Source: Sedimentisphaerales bacterium
GTDB taxonomy: Bacteria; Planctomycetota; Phycisphaerae; Sedimentisphaerales; Anaerobacaceae
Reading direction: 5' to 3'
NCBI GenBank assembly: GCA_963708075.1
Contig: OY970194.1
Location: 3,904,001-3,968,000 of the forward strand
DNA: 64,000 nucleotides
Of this stretch, positions 33,457-43,166 are shown in pieces. Every line of letters begins with the position of its first letter. Position 1 is the stretch's first letter. The notes beneath the pieces were generated by a model, which was given only the letters and a program-made list of their open reading frames with translations, ran no database searches and was not told the origin of the DNA. The position numbers were made by a program, and so were the translations under genes.

Positions 33457-34749
33457 TCACGCTTTTACCGCTTGATGCTTCTTGATGTAGTCAGCGTCAA
33501 TCTCTACACCCAGTCCCGGACCGGTAGGGACTTTGATCTTCCCGTCAACGACGCGCAGAGCTGACGTCTTGCATTCGAATTGCACGTTCGTTCGCAATCC
33601 CTTGAATTCGTGATGCGGACAAGCGTTGGGAAGGGCCGAGACAAAGTGCATCATATAGAGATATCCGAGCCCTCCGCCGGACATGTGCGGCGTACAGTCT
33701 TTTCCAAACGCCCTTGCCATGCGGGCCACCTGCATCGAGCGAATCATGCCGCCGAAATAGTAGTTGTCCGGCTGGACGATTTGCAGGCCGTCGTTGGCAA
33801 TCAGCCAGCGAAAGCCGTGCAGGCTGTACTCCTGTTCGCCGCCCGCCACGGGCAGGGCCAGGGCATCGGCCACTTGTTTCGTCTCTTCATACCAGTCGAA
33901 CATCACGGGCTCCTCGAAGAAGCCGTAGCGGTACTCTTCCAGCAGGTGTCCCACGCGGATGGCCTCTTCCACAGAATAGAAGCCATTCGCATCGGCATAC
34001 AGAGCCATGTCATCGCCGAAGGTCTTGCGGATGAGCGGAATGATGATCTCCGTTCTTCCCTTGGGACCGACGGCCTTGATGTCCTTCGTCATGAACATCA
34101 GTCCGCCGACTTTGATCTTGACGGCATGGGCGTTGTATTCCGCGACATCTCTTTTGATCAGGTCCAGGGACTCCTCTACCGATTTCTCACGGTACTCGGT
34201 GGCCTGGTACACCGCTACCTGGGGGTGGTGGATTTCTCCGATCAACTGACCCATGGACTTGTTCGCGATACGGCCCAGCATGTCGAGAATGGCAAACTCA
34301 ATCGTGGCCAAGGGGATCCCGAGCGCCAGGCCGCTCAACCGGAAATTGAAATTGTAGATGTAAACCTTCTCCAGCAGCAAGTCCAGGTCGCGCGCGTCCT
34401 TGTCGATGAAGAACGGTTGCAGCAGGTTGACAAAGATAGGATAGAGCGAGTTCAGACTGCTGTGACCGACCGAGATTCCTTCCGCCCCATCCGTCGAACG
34501 CACCCGGCAGAGGAAATTGCCCTGGTACCGAAGCAATTCCAGGGTCTCGATGATCACCGGAGTCGCAAACAGCTCCTTCTTGAGAACAGGCTGCTTGAGG
34601 ATCTCATCGAGCGTGGCATACTTGGGGTTCAGGGCCCCCGCTGAGCCCGGGGATTGAGCTTGGGAACCCTGAGAGGACAGCGGTGACGCCGTGGCCGCCA
34701 CGCCACCCGCAAGAGCAGTCGCAATGAATTGTCGTCGATTGGTTCGCAT
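33457..34749 (-). CDS. Tat-exported mandelate racemase/muconate lactonizing (enolase superfamily) enzyme
   Basis: NRRQFI Tat motif; KIK, YADANG, FFEEP, GGEQE, PTGPGLG. Confidence 0.9.
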   Translation of the reverse strand: MRTNRRQFIATALAGGVAATASPLSSQGSQAQSPGSAGALNPKYATLDEILKQPVLKKELFATPVIIETLELLRYQGNFLCRVRSTDGAEGISVGHSSLNSLYPIFVNLLQPFFIDKDARDLDLLLEKVYIYNFNFRLSGLALGIPLATIEFAILDMLGRIANKSMGQLIGEIHHPQVAVYQATEYREKSVEESLDLIKRDVAEYNAHAVKIKVGGLMFMTKDIKAVGPKGRTEIIIPLIRKTFGDDMALYADANGFYSVEEAIRVGHLLEEYRYGFFEEPVMFDWYEETKQVADALALPVAGGEQEYSLHGFRWLIANDGLQIVQPDNYYFGGMIRSMQVARMARAFGKDCTPHMSGGGLGYLYMMHFVSALPNACPHHEFKGLRTNVQFECKTSALRVVDGKIKVPTGPGLGVEIDADYIKKHQAVKA

Positions 34750-34780
34750 AGGTCATCTGTCCTAATTATAGCGTGACGGA

Positions 34781-36343
34781 TCACTGTTTCCGTTTCTTTT
34801 TGTTCTTCTGCGGCTCTTCCTTGGAGGCCGGTGGATTCTGCGCCGCTTTGGCCCGCATCGCCTGGGCTTCGGCGGCTTCCTTTGTGCCGGGCGCCGGACG
34901 CCAATCGCGCTCAGGCACGAAACGTTGGTCTCCGGCCGTCAGCTCTTCGAGAGTCTCCAGACGGCGGCCCTGGTCGTTGGTGTCCTCGATCCATTCTTCC
35001 AGGACGGCTCGCAGCTTCTTCAATTCGGCCTGATGTTCGGGATTATCCGATTCGGCAAGGTTGTCGATTTCCCACGGGTCGGTTTCGAGATCGTACAGTT
35101 CCTCTTCCGGCATGGTCGGTCGGCAGAGGGTCTCCTGTGCGGGGGTGAGCTTGCCCTGGGCATGAAGTTCCTTGAGCAAGTTCCAGACAGGATACGAGTT
35201 CTCCTTGTAGGCATTGAAAGCGAGGAACGGCACCCATGGCGTGAAGTTGCGGATGTAGCGGTAGCGGTCGTTTCGTACCGTGCGGATGCGCATCACGGTC
35301 ATGTCGCAGCGGTCCCGATAGCCGAAGACATACTGACGATCCGGCTCGCAGCGGTCGCCCAGGAAGACCTGCCCCTGCATCCTGGGAGGCTTCGGCGCTC
35401 CGGCCAGGGCCAGCGTGGTGGGAGCGAGGTCAATGCCGTGGAGCAGGCGAGTGTCGACGGTCCCGGCCTGGAAATGCGCCGGAGCAGGGAAGTTCTTAGG
35501 CCAGCGGATGATCAGCGGTACCAGCAATCCCTCCTCGTAGCAGAACTGCTTGCCGCGGACATGAGACTGCCCGTTATCGCCGAAGAAGATGACCACGGTA
35601 TTGTCGGCGAGGCCGTCTTTCTCCAAGGCCGCGAGCACGAGGCCTACCTTGCGGTCCAATTCGGTGGCCTCATCGAGGTACTTGCCCCAATCCTCGCGTG
35701 TCACCGGATGGTCGGGGTAGTACGGCGGGATTTCGACCTTGGCCGGGTCGGCTTTCTTAGGTGCCGTGTAGGCACGGTGAGTCTCGTTGAAGTTGACCTG
35801 TGCATAGAATGGTTGATGCGTCTTGAGGTCATCCCACCTCGCCGAGTCGAACGGTTTGCCCTCGTATAGGAAGTTCCAGTCGGTCTTGCCGGTGCCTTTG
35901 AAATCACACGGCGGGGGCAGCTCACGAACGTTCGCCGTGAAATACCCGGCCTGTCGCATCCAATCACTGAGCACCTTCACCCCTTCCGGCAGCGGCTTCT
36001 TGTTGGTTGTGCGATGATTGTGCGCCCCGATGGTCGTGGCATACATGCCGGTGTTGAACGCCGAGCGGCTGGGCGAGCAGACGTGTCCATTGTAGCAGCG
36101 GGTGTAGCGCACCCCTTGGGAAGCCAGGCGGTCCAGGTTGGGCGTCCACACCTCCTTGGCCCCGTAGCAACCCAGGTGTTGGCCGAAATCCTCGGCGATC
36201 AGCCATAAGATGTTGGGTGTCTTGAGGCTGGGCTTCTCCACGTCAGACGCGCCCCACGCCATGGGACAAAGGACCGCCAGCACAAGAACGGCGTGAATCA
36301 GGAACGCCAAACGACACGACAACCGTGATTTGCCGGCTTTCAT
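34781..36343 (-). CDS. Sulfatase
   Basis: PNILWLIAEDFG, VCSPSRSAFNTG, RDRCD. Confidence 0.93.
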   Translation of the reverse strand: MKAGKSRLSCRLAFLIHAVLVLAVLCPMAWGASDVEKPSLKTPNILWLIAEDFGQHLGCYGAKEVWTPNLDRLASQGVRYTRCYNGHVCSPSRSAFNTGMYATTIGAHNHRTTNKKPLPEGVKVLSDWMRQAGYFTANVRELPPPCDFKGTGKTDWNFLYEGKPFDSARWDDLKTHQPFYAQVNFNETHRAYTAPKKADPAKVEIPPYYPDHPVTREDWGKYLDEATELDRKVGLVLAALEKDGLADNTVVIFFGDNGQSHVRGKQFCYEEGLLVPLIIRWPKNFPAPAHFQAGTVDTRLLHGIDLAPTTLALAGAPKPPRMQGQVFLGDRCEPDRQYVFGYRDRCDMTVMRIRTVRNDRYRYIRNFTPWVPFLAFNAYKENSYPVWNLLKELHAQGKLTPAQETLCRPTMPEEELYDLETDPWEIDNLAESDNPEHQAELKKLRAVLEEWIEDTNDQGRRLETLEELTAGDQRFVPERDWRPAPGTKEAAEAQAMRAKAAQNPPASKEEPQKNKKKRKQ

Positions 36344-37951
36344 CTTCTCTCCTGCTTCGATGCGGTCTTCTTTTGCGCGGCCTCTGCGAGAGGATAGCGG
36401 CGGACCTCCACGTCGTTCTTCTGCTTCCCGCCCGGCGTGCTGCGGCCATCCGTGACAACTTTCTCCATCAAGGCACGCATCTCGGCGACGAGCTCAGGCT
36501 TCTCTGCGGCAAGGTTCGTCTTTTCACCGATATCGTCAGCAAGGTTGTAGAGCTGGACATCGGTCCTTGCTTTCGGGTCTTGCTCCAGGATGAGTTTCCA
36601 CGGGCCACGACGCAGACCGGGAACACCGTTGGATGCACAACTGACGGCATGTTCGCGAACCGGCTGGTCCCCGCCCTTGAGCAGCGGCAGCAGGCTGAAG
36701 CTGTCCTCGCCGGCATTGTCCGGCAATCTCATGCCAAGAACATCGGCCAACGTGGCGATGAGATCGGCGTGGTGAACGAGCTGCTCGCACACCGCACCCG
36801 GTTTTACCTCGCCGGGCCAGCGTACGATGAACGGCACGCGATGCCCGCCTTCGAACACAGCCCCTTTGTAGCCACGGAGCGGACCGCTCGGAAAATGGCC
36901 CTTCATTTCGAGCTCGTCCGCGCCGATGTAGGGAGCACAGCCATTGTCGCTGGTGAACAAGACGATGGTGTTCTGGGCCGCACCACTTTCGCGCAGCGCC
37001 TCGAGCACACGACCCACCACGGCGTCGGTTCTCCATCACGAGATCGGCATAGAGGTTCAAGCCGCTCTTGCCGAGCCAGGGCCCGTTCACGGCCAAGGGC
37101 GTGTGCGGAGACGTGAGTGGCAAATAGAGCAGGAATGGCTGCTTCGCCCTCACTTGGCGATGGATGAAGTCCACTGCACGGTCGCCAAGCGTGGGGAGGA
37201 TAGCTTCGAGCTGCCAGTCCCGCAGCGCCGGCCCTTGAAGACTGGCCTGGTTCGTCGCCAGCTTATCCACCGGCAGCAACTCGCTCGGGATGCCCACGGT
37301 GCGGTCGTTCTCGATGAAACAATATGGCGGCCAATTGGGCACATCGGTACCGAAGTACTCGTCGAAGCCGCGCGTGGTCGGCCCGCCCGGGATGGGTCGG
37401 GAGAAAACGTCTCGCCACGTCGCACGGTGCGCATCGGTGACGGTGGTGGAGACCTGGCCGCCACCGCCGGCCTGGCCGCCGAACCCGGTGAAGTGCGGCC
37501 GCTGTTCCTCCGTGATCGGCCAGTCGCGACCGAGATGCCATTTGCCGATGCACGCGGTGCGATAGCCGTGCTGCCTGGCGAGGCCGGCCACTGTGAGCCG
37601 GTCCGGTGCGATGAGCGGCGCACCCCATACGGAAACGATCCCTTGCTGCAGCCGCGACCGCCAATGATAGCGGCCCGTCAGCAGCGTGTAACGTGACGGC
37701 GAGCACACGCCGGAACTGGAGTGGGCGTCCATGAAGCGCATTCCCTCAGCAGCCAGGCGGTCCACATTCGGCGTGGGAATCTTCCCGCGTTGCGGATTGT
37801 AACAGTGAACGTCGCCGTAACCCAGGTCATCGGCGAGGATGATGACGATGTTGGGCTTGCCCGAGGAAGCTGCCCGGGATATCGCCGGGACGGCGCCAAT
37901 CCCCACTCCGACCACCAGCGCCAACGTGATGAATGAGACTCGATGTTCCAT
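36340..37951 (-). CDS. Arylsulfatase A-like sulfatase; frameshift at about 37029
   Basis: VCSPSRYTLLTGR, GKWHLG; the ORFs join as VMETDAVVGRVL after removing one base. Confidence 0.9.
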
Positions 37952-37957
37952 GTCACG

Positions 37958-37966
37958 ATTATAGCA
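37958..37966 (-). promoter_or_regulatory. Extended -10 element, probably giving a leaderless mRNA
   Basis: Minus strand TGCTATAAT 6 nt upstream of the ATG at 37951; no RBS. Confidence 0.5.
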
Positions 37967-38465
37967 CCCTCGCTGCCCCTTTGCAGCAGGCAATATGTGG
38001 CGTGGGGACATCCCATAGAGTACAGGTATTGTCCCATCGTAAGTAGATATGACTGTAGAACTTGCGACATCGCCCGGCGGAAGCATTTGCCTCACCTTCT
38101 TGGTCGATGAGCCTCTATGAACCATGAAACAGAATCTGTGGCGCAAAGAGGTATATCGACCGCTGTGACGCAGAGATTGCTGGAGCACTCCGGTCCACAG
38201 CTCACCAATGACGTATGCACAAATGTCGATCCCGTGCTGTGTCAGGCGATCAGTTAGTTGCTGGTGTCGGAATGGGTTTGATGGCCATCTGACAGTGGTC
38301 GATCTCACCGAGCGACTGCGATTCAGATAGTCTCCGTGGAAGACCTGGCCGGTCATGGAGATGGGCACAAGAATCCTTTTCGGAGGTTGTGCCAGTGCCC
38401 CTATTTCCATGCAGGCAGGTGCGTCAGCTATGTCAGAATAGATCCAGAGTATACAGGAGGGGACC

Positions 38466-38496
38466 CATATGATAGTATTTCAATAAGTATCATATG
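38466..38496. promoter_or_regulatory. AT-rich palindrome, candidate operator upstream of the mqn-like operon
   Basis: CATATGATA-13 nt-TATCATATG perfect 9-bp inverted repeat. Confidence 0.45.
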
Positions 38497-38690
38497 TTAC
38501 GGGTGGGCCCGTGAGTTGAACCGGGGGTAAGTAGCCTGCGTATGCATCCGAGCCTTAGCCTCCGGGCAGAGGCTCTTGCAGATGCGTTGGTAAGGCCTGT
38601 TACGAGATCGGCCTTGACGTGGATTGCTACCGTGGCGGTAGTCCTTTGCCTTGACCGACTCGATTATTTTGGACTCCGACTCATAAGCTT

Positions 38691-39491
38691 ATGAACACAG
38701 TCCAGGCATACAGATTCTGCGTCCTTCCCTACGCCAACGCCCTTCCCCTCGTCCACTTCATGACAGACGTCTATCCCCCAGCGAAGCTGTTTTACCGTGT
38801 GCCACGATCAGCGGTCGGAGGCTTGTTAGAGGGCGTAGTTGACGCGGCGTTGATTCCCATTGTCGATTGCTTCGCCCATCCCGATCTCGTGATGATTCCG
38901 GGATTGGGCATTTGTGCCGACGGCGACGTTACGAGCGTTCTCCTGCAATGCCGTCGGCCGCTGTCGCAGGTCAGAGTCGTCGGACTTGACCCCGAGTCCA
39001 GAACATCGAATACCCTCGTCCAAGTGCTGATGCGGGACCACTTTCGGATCTCTCATCGCGTTGAATACAGCCTGTGTGATGATGAGGCGGATGCCTGCGT
39101 GTGCATCGGCGATCGCGCCCTGTGTGCGGCGCCGGCGGTGGAAACGTATGATCTCGCCGGGGAATGGAAGAAGATGACCGGCTTACCGTTCGTCTTCGCC
39201 GTCTGGGCTGTGCAGCGGTCGTGCCCTGATCTCGAGGAAATCTCGTGGATTTTGCACCGCGTCAGGGATCGTGGATGCCACGCCATTGGCGAACTGGCAC
39301 AGCTCTGTGCGCAGCGGCTGGGTCTGCCTGAGAACCGTTGCCATGAGTACCTTGCGAATCGCCTGTACTACGATGTGGGGCCCGCGGAATGTGAGGGCAT
39401 GGGCTTGTTCCGAGGTCTCGCCGCGAGCCTCGTCAGACAAGGGGCAGACCACAGACAAGGGCAGAATACCCCAGTCCCCGAGTGGAGTTGA
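38691..39491 (+). CDS. mqnA: Chorismate dehydratase (futalosine pathway)
   Basis: YANALPL, ICADGDVTSVLL, SRTS, IGDRAL, DLAGEWKKMTGLPFVFAVW. Confidence 0.93.
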   Translation: MNTVQAYRFCVLPYANALPLVHFMTDVYPPAKLFYRVPRSAVGGLLEGVVDAALIPIVDCFAHPDLVMIPGLGICADGDVTSVLLQCRRPLSQVRVVGLDPESRTSNTLVQVLMRDHFRISHRVEYSLCDDEADACVCIGDRALCAAPAVETYDLAGEWKKMTGLPFVFAVWAVQRSCPDLEEISWILHRVRDRGCHAIGELAQLCAQRLGLPENRCHEYLANRLYYDVGPAECEGMGLFRGLAASLVRQGADHRQGQNTPVPEWS

Positions 39492-39492
39492 C

Positions 39493-41670
39493 ATGTTACA
39501 ACAATGGAATGAACGAATCTCCCCGGAAGAGGCGCTGAACCTCTTGACAAAAGCGGACACGGCCGAGCTGATGGCCCGGGCTGATAAGGTCCGCCGGCAA
39601 AGACACGGTGCGAACGTCTACCACGTGCACAGTCTGAACCTGAATCCCACCAATCTATGCGAGAATCGTTGCGGCTTGTGTGCATTCTGGCGCGAAGCCG
39701 GGTCGGGCGAGGCTTATACACTAAGCCTTCAGCAGGTTGAGGAAAGGCTCGAGAGAGCCAGAGGATGGGGACTCACCGACGTTCACATCGTCGGCGGCCT
39801 GAACCGGGAATTGGGCCTTGACTACTATGTCGAGTTGCTTCGCATCACCAAGCGGGTGCTGCCCACGACAGCGATACAAGCCCTGACTGCCGTCGAGGTC
39901 CAGTGGCTTTCGGATCGTGCCGGCAAATCAGTGGCCGAAGTGCTGGCAATGCTGAAGGCAGCCGGCCTGGATGCCCTGCCGGGCGGAGGAGCGGAGATCT
40001 TCTCCACACGGGTCCGAGAGAATATTTGCCCAAAAAAGCTTCCCGCTGATCAATGGCTCCATGTGCACCACATCGCCCACGACCTGGGTATCCCGAGCAA
40101 CGCGACCATGCTCTTCGGACACGTCGAAACCCCGGAAGAGATCGTGGACCATCTATGCAGACTCAGGACTCTGCAGGACCAGACCGGAGGTTTTCAGGCC
40201 TTCTGTCCTCTTCCTTTCCACGCGAAGGGCACGCAGATCGGTGTGGCGCGAGGTCCGGGCGGGCATGCCATCGCCCGGATCGTGGCCCTGGCCCGCATCT
40301 TTCTCGACAACTTCCCGCATGTTCGAGTCCTGGCCAATTTCCTCGACCGCAAGCTGCTGCAGACGTTGCTTTTCTGCGGGGCCGACGACATCGGCGGCAC
40401 CAGCATCGACGAGCAGATCGCTCGCTCAGCCGGAGCTTCCGACGACTGCTCGTTCCACGACCCTGAGGAGATGGCGACTTTCATACGGGAACTTGGACTT
40501 CGTTCGGTACTCACGAGCAGCCTGTATGACCATCGCAGCCGAAGACAACCGCAGGCGCAGGTCCCGTTGCTCGCTTCAAAGGCGGCAAGGGCTTTGCAGA
40601 AAGCAGAGGCTGGACAGCGGCTGAACGCCGAGGAAGCGACATGGCTCCACGATACCCTGCCGTTCTACGAACTGGGACGGATCGCCCATGAGCATCGCCG
40701 GCAAGTCATCGGCGACCAGCGATCCACGTTCATCATCGATAGAAACATCAGCTTCACGAACGTCTGCACCGTCGGATGCAAATTCTGTGCGTACCACAAG
40801 GGGCCCAGGGATGGCGATGCATTCACGATGTCGATTGAAGAGATCGTGCGACTCGTGGAGGAGGCGGCCGGCCTCGGCGCCACCCAGATCATGCTTCAAG
40901 GCGGCCTGAATCCGGCCCTGAGTTTCTCCTGGTATAAGGACATGCTTCGGGCCATCAAGGATCGTGTCCCCGCTGTCTGGCTGCATTCGCTGTCCCCCGC
41001 GGAGGTGCTGTGGCTCGCGCAGCGCTCCCATCTGCCCCTCAGGGACACCCTTGTGCAACTGCGAGAGGCCGGCTTGGATTCGCTACCGGGAGGCGGCGCC
41101 GAGATTCTCGTGGATGAGGTTCGCCAAAGAGTCAGCCCGGCGAAGATCACGACCCCTCAGTGGCTTGAAGTCATGGAGATAGCCCACAGTCTGGGTATGG
41201 GCACGACGGCGACGATGGTCTATGGCCTGGGCGAGACGACAGCCGATCGCGTGCAACACCTGCTGCACGTCCGCGACCTTCAGGATCGCACCGGGGGCTT
41301 CCGGGCCTTCATTCCCTGGAGTTTTCAGTCGAATCACACCCGGCTCTCCGAGCGGCCGCAAACCGGCGTGGATTACCTTCGCATGGTCGCCCTGTCCCGC
41401 CTGGTTTTGGATAATGTTGAGCACATCCAGGCCGGGTGGGTCACCGAGGGACCGTATATGGCCCAGATCGCCCTGACTTTTGGAGCGGACGACTTCGGCG
41501 GCGTCCTGATGGAAGAGAGCGTGGTCAAGGCCACCGGCATCAATCACACCGTGACGGCCGAACAAGTAATCGCCCTGATCGCCGAGACCGGGATGACCGC
41601 CGCCCAGCGAGATACGGAGTACAAGACTCTTCGAACCTTCGACAGGCAAAGGACCCTGAAAAGCGCGTGA
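39493..41670 (+). CDS. mqnE-mqnC: Fused double radical SAM protein: aminofutalosine synthase MqnE-like (N) + cyclic dehypoxanthine futalosine synthase MqnC-like (C)
   Basis: Two CxxxCxxC motifs (NPTNLCENRCGLC; DRNISFTNVCTVGCKFC), two PGGGAEI motifs, SNATMLFGHVE, FIPWSFQ, IQAGWVTEG, GADDFGGVLMEE. Confidence 0.88.
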   Translation: MLQQWNERISPEEALNLLTKADTAELMARADKVRRQRHGANVYHVHSLNLNPTNLCENRCGLCAFWREAGSGEAYTLSLQQVEERLERARGWGLTDVHIVGGLNRELGLDYYVELLRITKRVLPTTAIQALTAVEVQWLSDRAGKSVAEVLAMLKAAGLDALPGGGAEIFSTRVRENICPKKLPADQWLHVHHIAHDLGIPSNATMLFGHVETPEEIVDHLCRLRTLQDQTGGFQAFCPLPFHAKGTQIGVARGPGGHAIARIVALARIFLDNFPHVRVLANFLDRKLLQTLLFCGADDIGGTSIDEQIARSAGASDDCSFHDPEEMATFIRELGLRSVLTSSLYDHRSRRQPQAQVPLLASKAARALQKAEAGQRLNAEEATWLHDTLPFYELGRIAHEHRRQVIGDQRSTFIIDRNISFTNVCTVGCKFCAYHKGPRDGDAFTMSIEEIVRLVEEAAGLGATQIMLQGGLNPALSFSWYKDMLRAIKDRVPAVWLHSLSPAEVLWLAQRSHLPLRDTLVQLREAGLDSLPGGGAEILVDEVRQRVSPAKITTPQWLEVMEIAHSLGMGTTATMVYGLGETTADRVQHLLHVRDLQDRTGGFRAFIPWSFQSNHTRLSERPQTGVDYLRMVALSRLVLDNVEHIQAGWVTEGPYMAQIALTFGADDFGGVLMEESVVKATGINHTVTAEQVIALIAETGMTAAQRDTEYKTLRTFDRQRTLKSA

Positions 41671-41678
41671 CACTGCCA

Positions 41679-43166
41679 ATGACAGCCCATGAGACGGTTC
41701 TACTGACAGGCATCACAGGGTCCATCGGAAGCTGGGTCGCCGGAACGATCCTGCAGGACGGCGGGCGAATCGTGGCCATCGTCCGGGCCGATACCGAGTC
41801 TGCCGCTGCCGCCCGAGTGCGCGAGGCACTGGCGGTCGTTAGCGTCCAAGAGCACGCCGATCATGTCAAGGCGGTGTGCGGGGACATCTGCGACGGCCAG
41901 CTTGTTGGACATCTCATCAGGGGGGAGACGGGAATATCGCACATCGTGCACTGCGCCGGCATGGTGGAGTTCGGGCAGGAGTTCGCGGCGTTGAGCCATC
42001 GAGTCAACGTGGAGGGAACCGCCAACCTGCTGACGCTGGCCGAGAAGCTCAGGGTCCCCTTTTGTCATTTCAGCACCGCCTACGTTGCCGGCGACCGACA
42101 GGGGCGGGTGTTCGAACATGAGACTTCTATGGGTCAGCAGTTCCACAATCCCTATGAGTCTTCCAAGTGCCAGGCCGAGTTGTTGGTCCAAGACTGGGCG
42201 ATGCGCACAGGTCTTGGTGCGTTCATGTTCCGGCCGAGCATCGTTGTCGGGGATAGTCGGCAAGGACGCATCGTCCACTTCGACGGGCTCTACAACTTCA
42301 TGCGCATGCTCGACAGCGTCGCAGGGGCCGTCGGCACGCGAGAGTTCCGTGTCGTAGCCAACCCGGATGCGACGAAGAATCTTGTGCCCGCCGACTACGT
42401 GGCCCGTGCCGCCTGGCACATTATCAGGACAAGTGCTCCCCGGACCTACCATATCACAAATCCTCAGCCAGTGTCGCTTGCAGTGCTCCGGGACATCTTT
42501 GCCGATCTGTTCGCCGTCCCCGGGGCACGGCTTGTGCGGGAGGAGGAATTCCGTCGGAAGAAACCCGATAGATTCGAGTCGATGTATCAAAAAGCGGCCG
42601 TTCAGTATGCCCCGTATCTGGCCGCAGAGCCGGTTTTTGACCGGACGAACACAGACACTGCCCTGCGTGACACTTCCCTGATGCCGCCGGAGATGAATAT
42701 GGCTTTCTTTCAAAAACTGCTGGACTATGCACGAAGAACCAAGTGGGGCAAGGCACACACGGAGCCTCCTGTCATGCTCCCGGGGCGAGAAAGATTCGTG
42801 GAACAGTATTTCGACAGCTTCCTGACCGAGAAGATGCACCAGCAACTGCTGCCCAACCTTAAGCATCTGACCGCAAGCTGCCGGATTGCCGTGGAAGACT
42901 TGCCCGGGCGGTCGTGGTCGCTGAGAATCGACCAGGGCCGGCTTGAGGAGATATCGCAAAATGGCATGGTCTGTCAGTGCACGTTCTCCCTCCACAGCGA
43001 CACCTTCTCGGCGATTGTCGGCGGCAGGCTCGCCCCGCAACAGGCATTCTTTCAGAGGAAGATCCATATCGCAGGCGACATGGAGACGGGCCTGAAATTG
43101 GCCACTGTCCTGGCGGCGTTCTTCAAGAAATGGCCCTACGACATGGAGACGCACCGTGTGGGATAG
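41679..43166 (+). CDS. Extended SDR (thioester/acyl-CoA reductase-like) fused to a C-terminal SCP2 lipid-binding domain
   Basis: TGITGSIG, STAYVAG, YESSK, RPSIVVG; C-terminal IVGGRLAPQQAFFQRKIHIAGDM SCP2 signature; alternative GTG start at 41667. Confidence 0.85.
   Translation: MTAHETVLLTGITGSIGSWVAGTILQDGGRIVAIVRADTESAAAARVREALAVVSVQEHADHVKAVCGDICDGQLVGHLIRGETGISHIVHCAGMVEFGQEFAALSHRVNVEGTANLLTLAEKLRVPFCHFSTAYVAGDRQGRVFEHETSMGQQFHNPYESSKCQAELLVQDWAMRTGLGAFMFRPSIVVGDSRQGRIVHFDGLYNFMRMLDSVAGAVGTREFRVVANPDATKNLVPADYVARAAWHIIRTSAPRTYHITNPQPVSLAVLRDIFADLFAVPGARLVREEEFRRKKPDRFESMYQKAAVQYAPYLAAEPVFDRTNTDTALRDTSLMPPEMNMAFFQKLLDYARRTKWGKAHTEPPVMLPGRERFVEQYFDSFLTEKMHQQLLPNLKHLTASCRIAVEDLPGRSWSLRIDQGRLEEISQNGMVCQCTFSLHSDTFSAIVGGRLAPQQAFFQRKIHIAGDMETGLKLATVLAAFFKKWPYDMETHRVG

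Noticed and set aside
39493..41670. FO synthase FbiC (CofG-CofH fusion) for F420 synthesis
   Set aside because: Both halves are CofH-type with MqnE and MqnC signatures, mqnA is adjacent, and no cofC/D/E genes are present.
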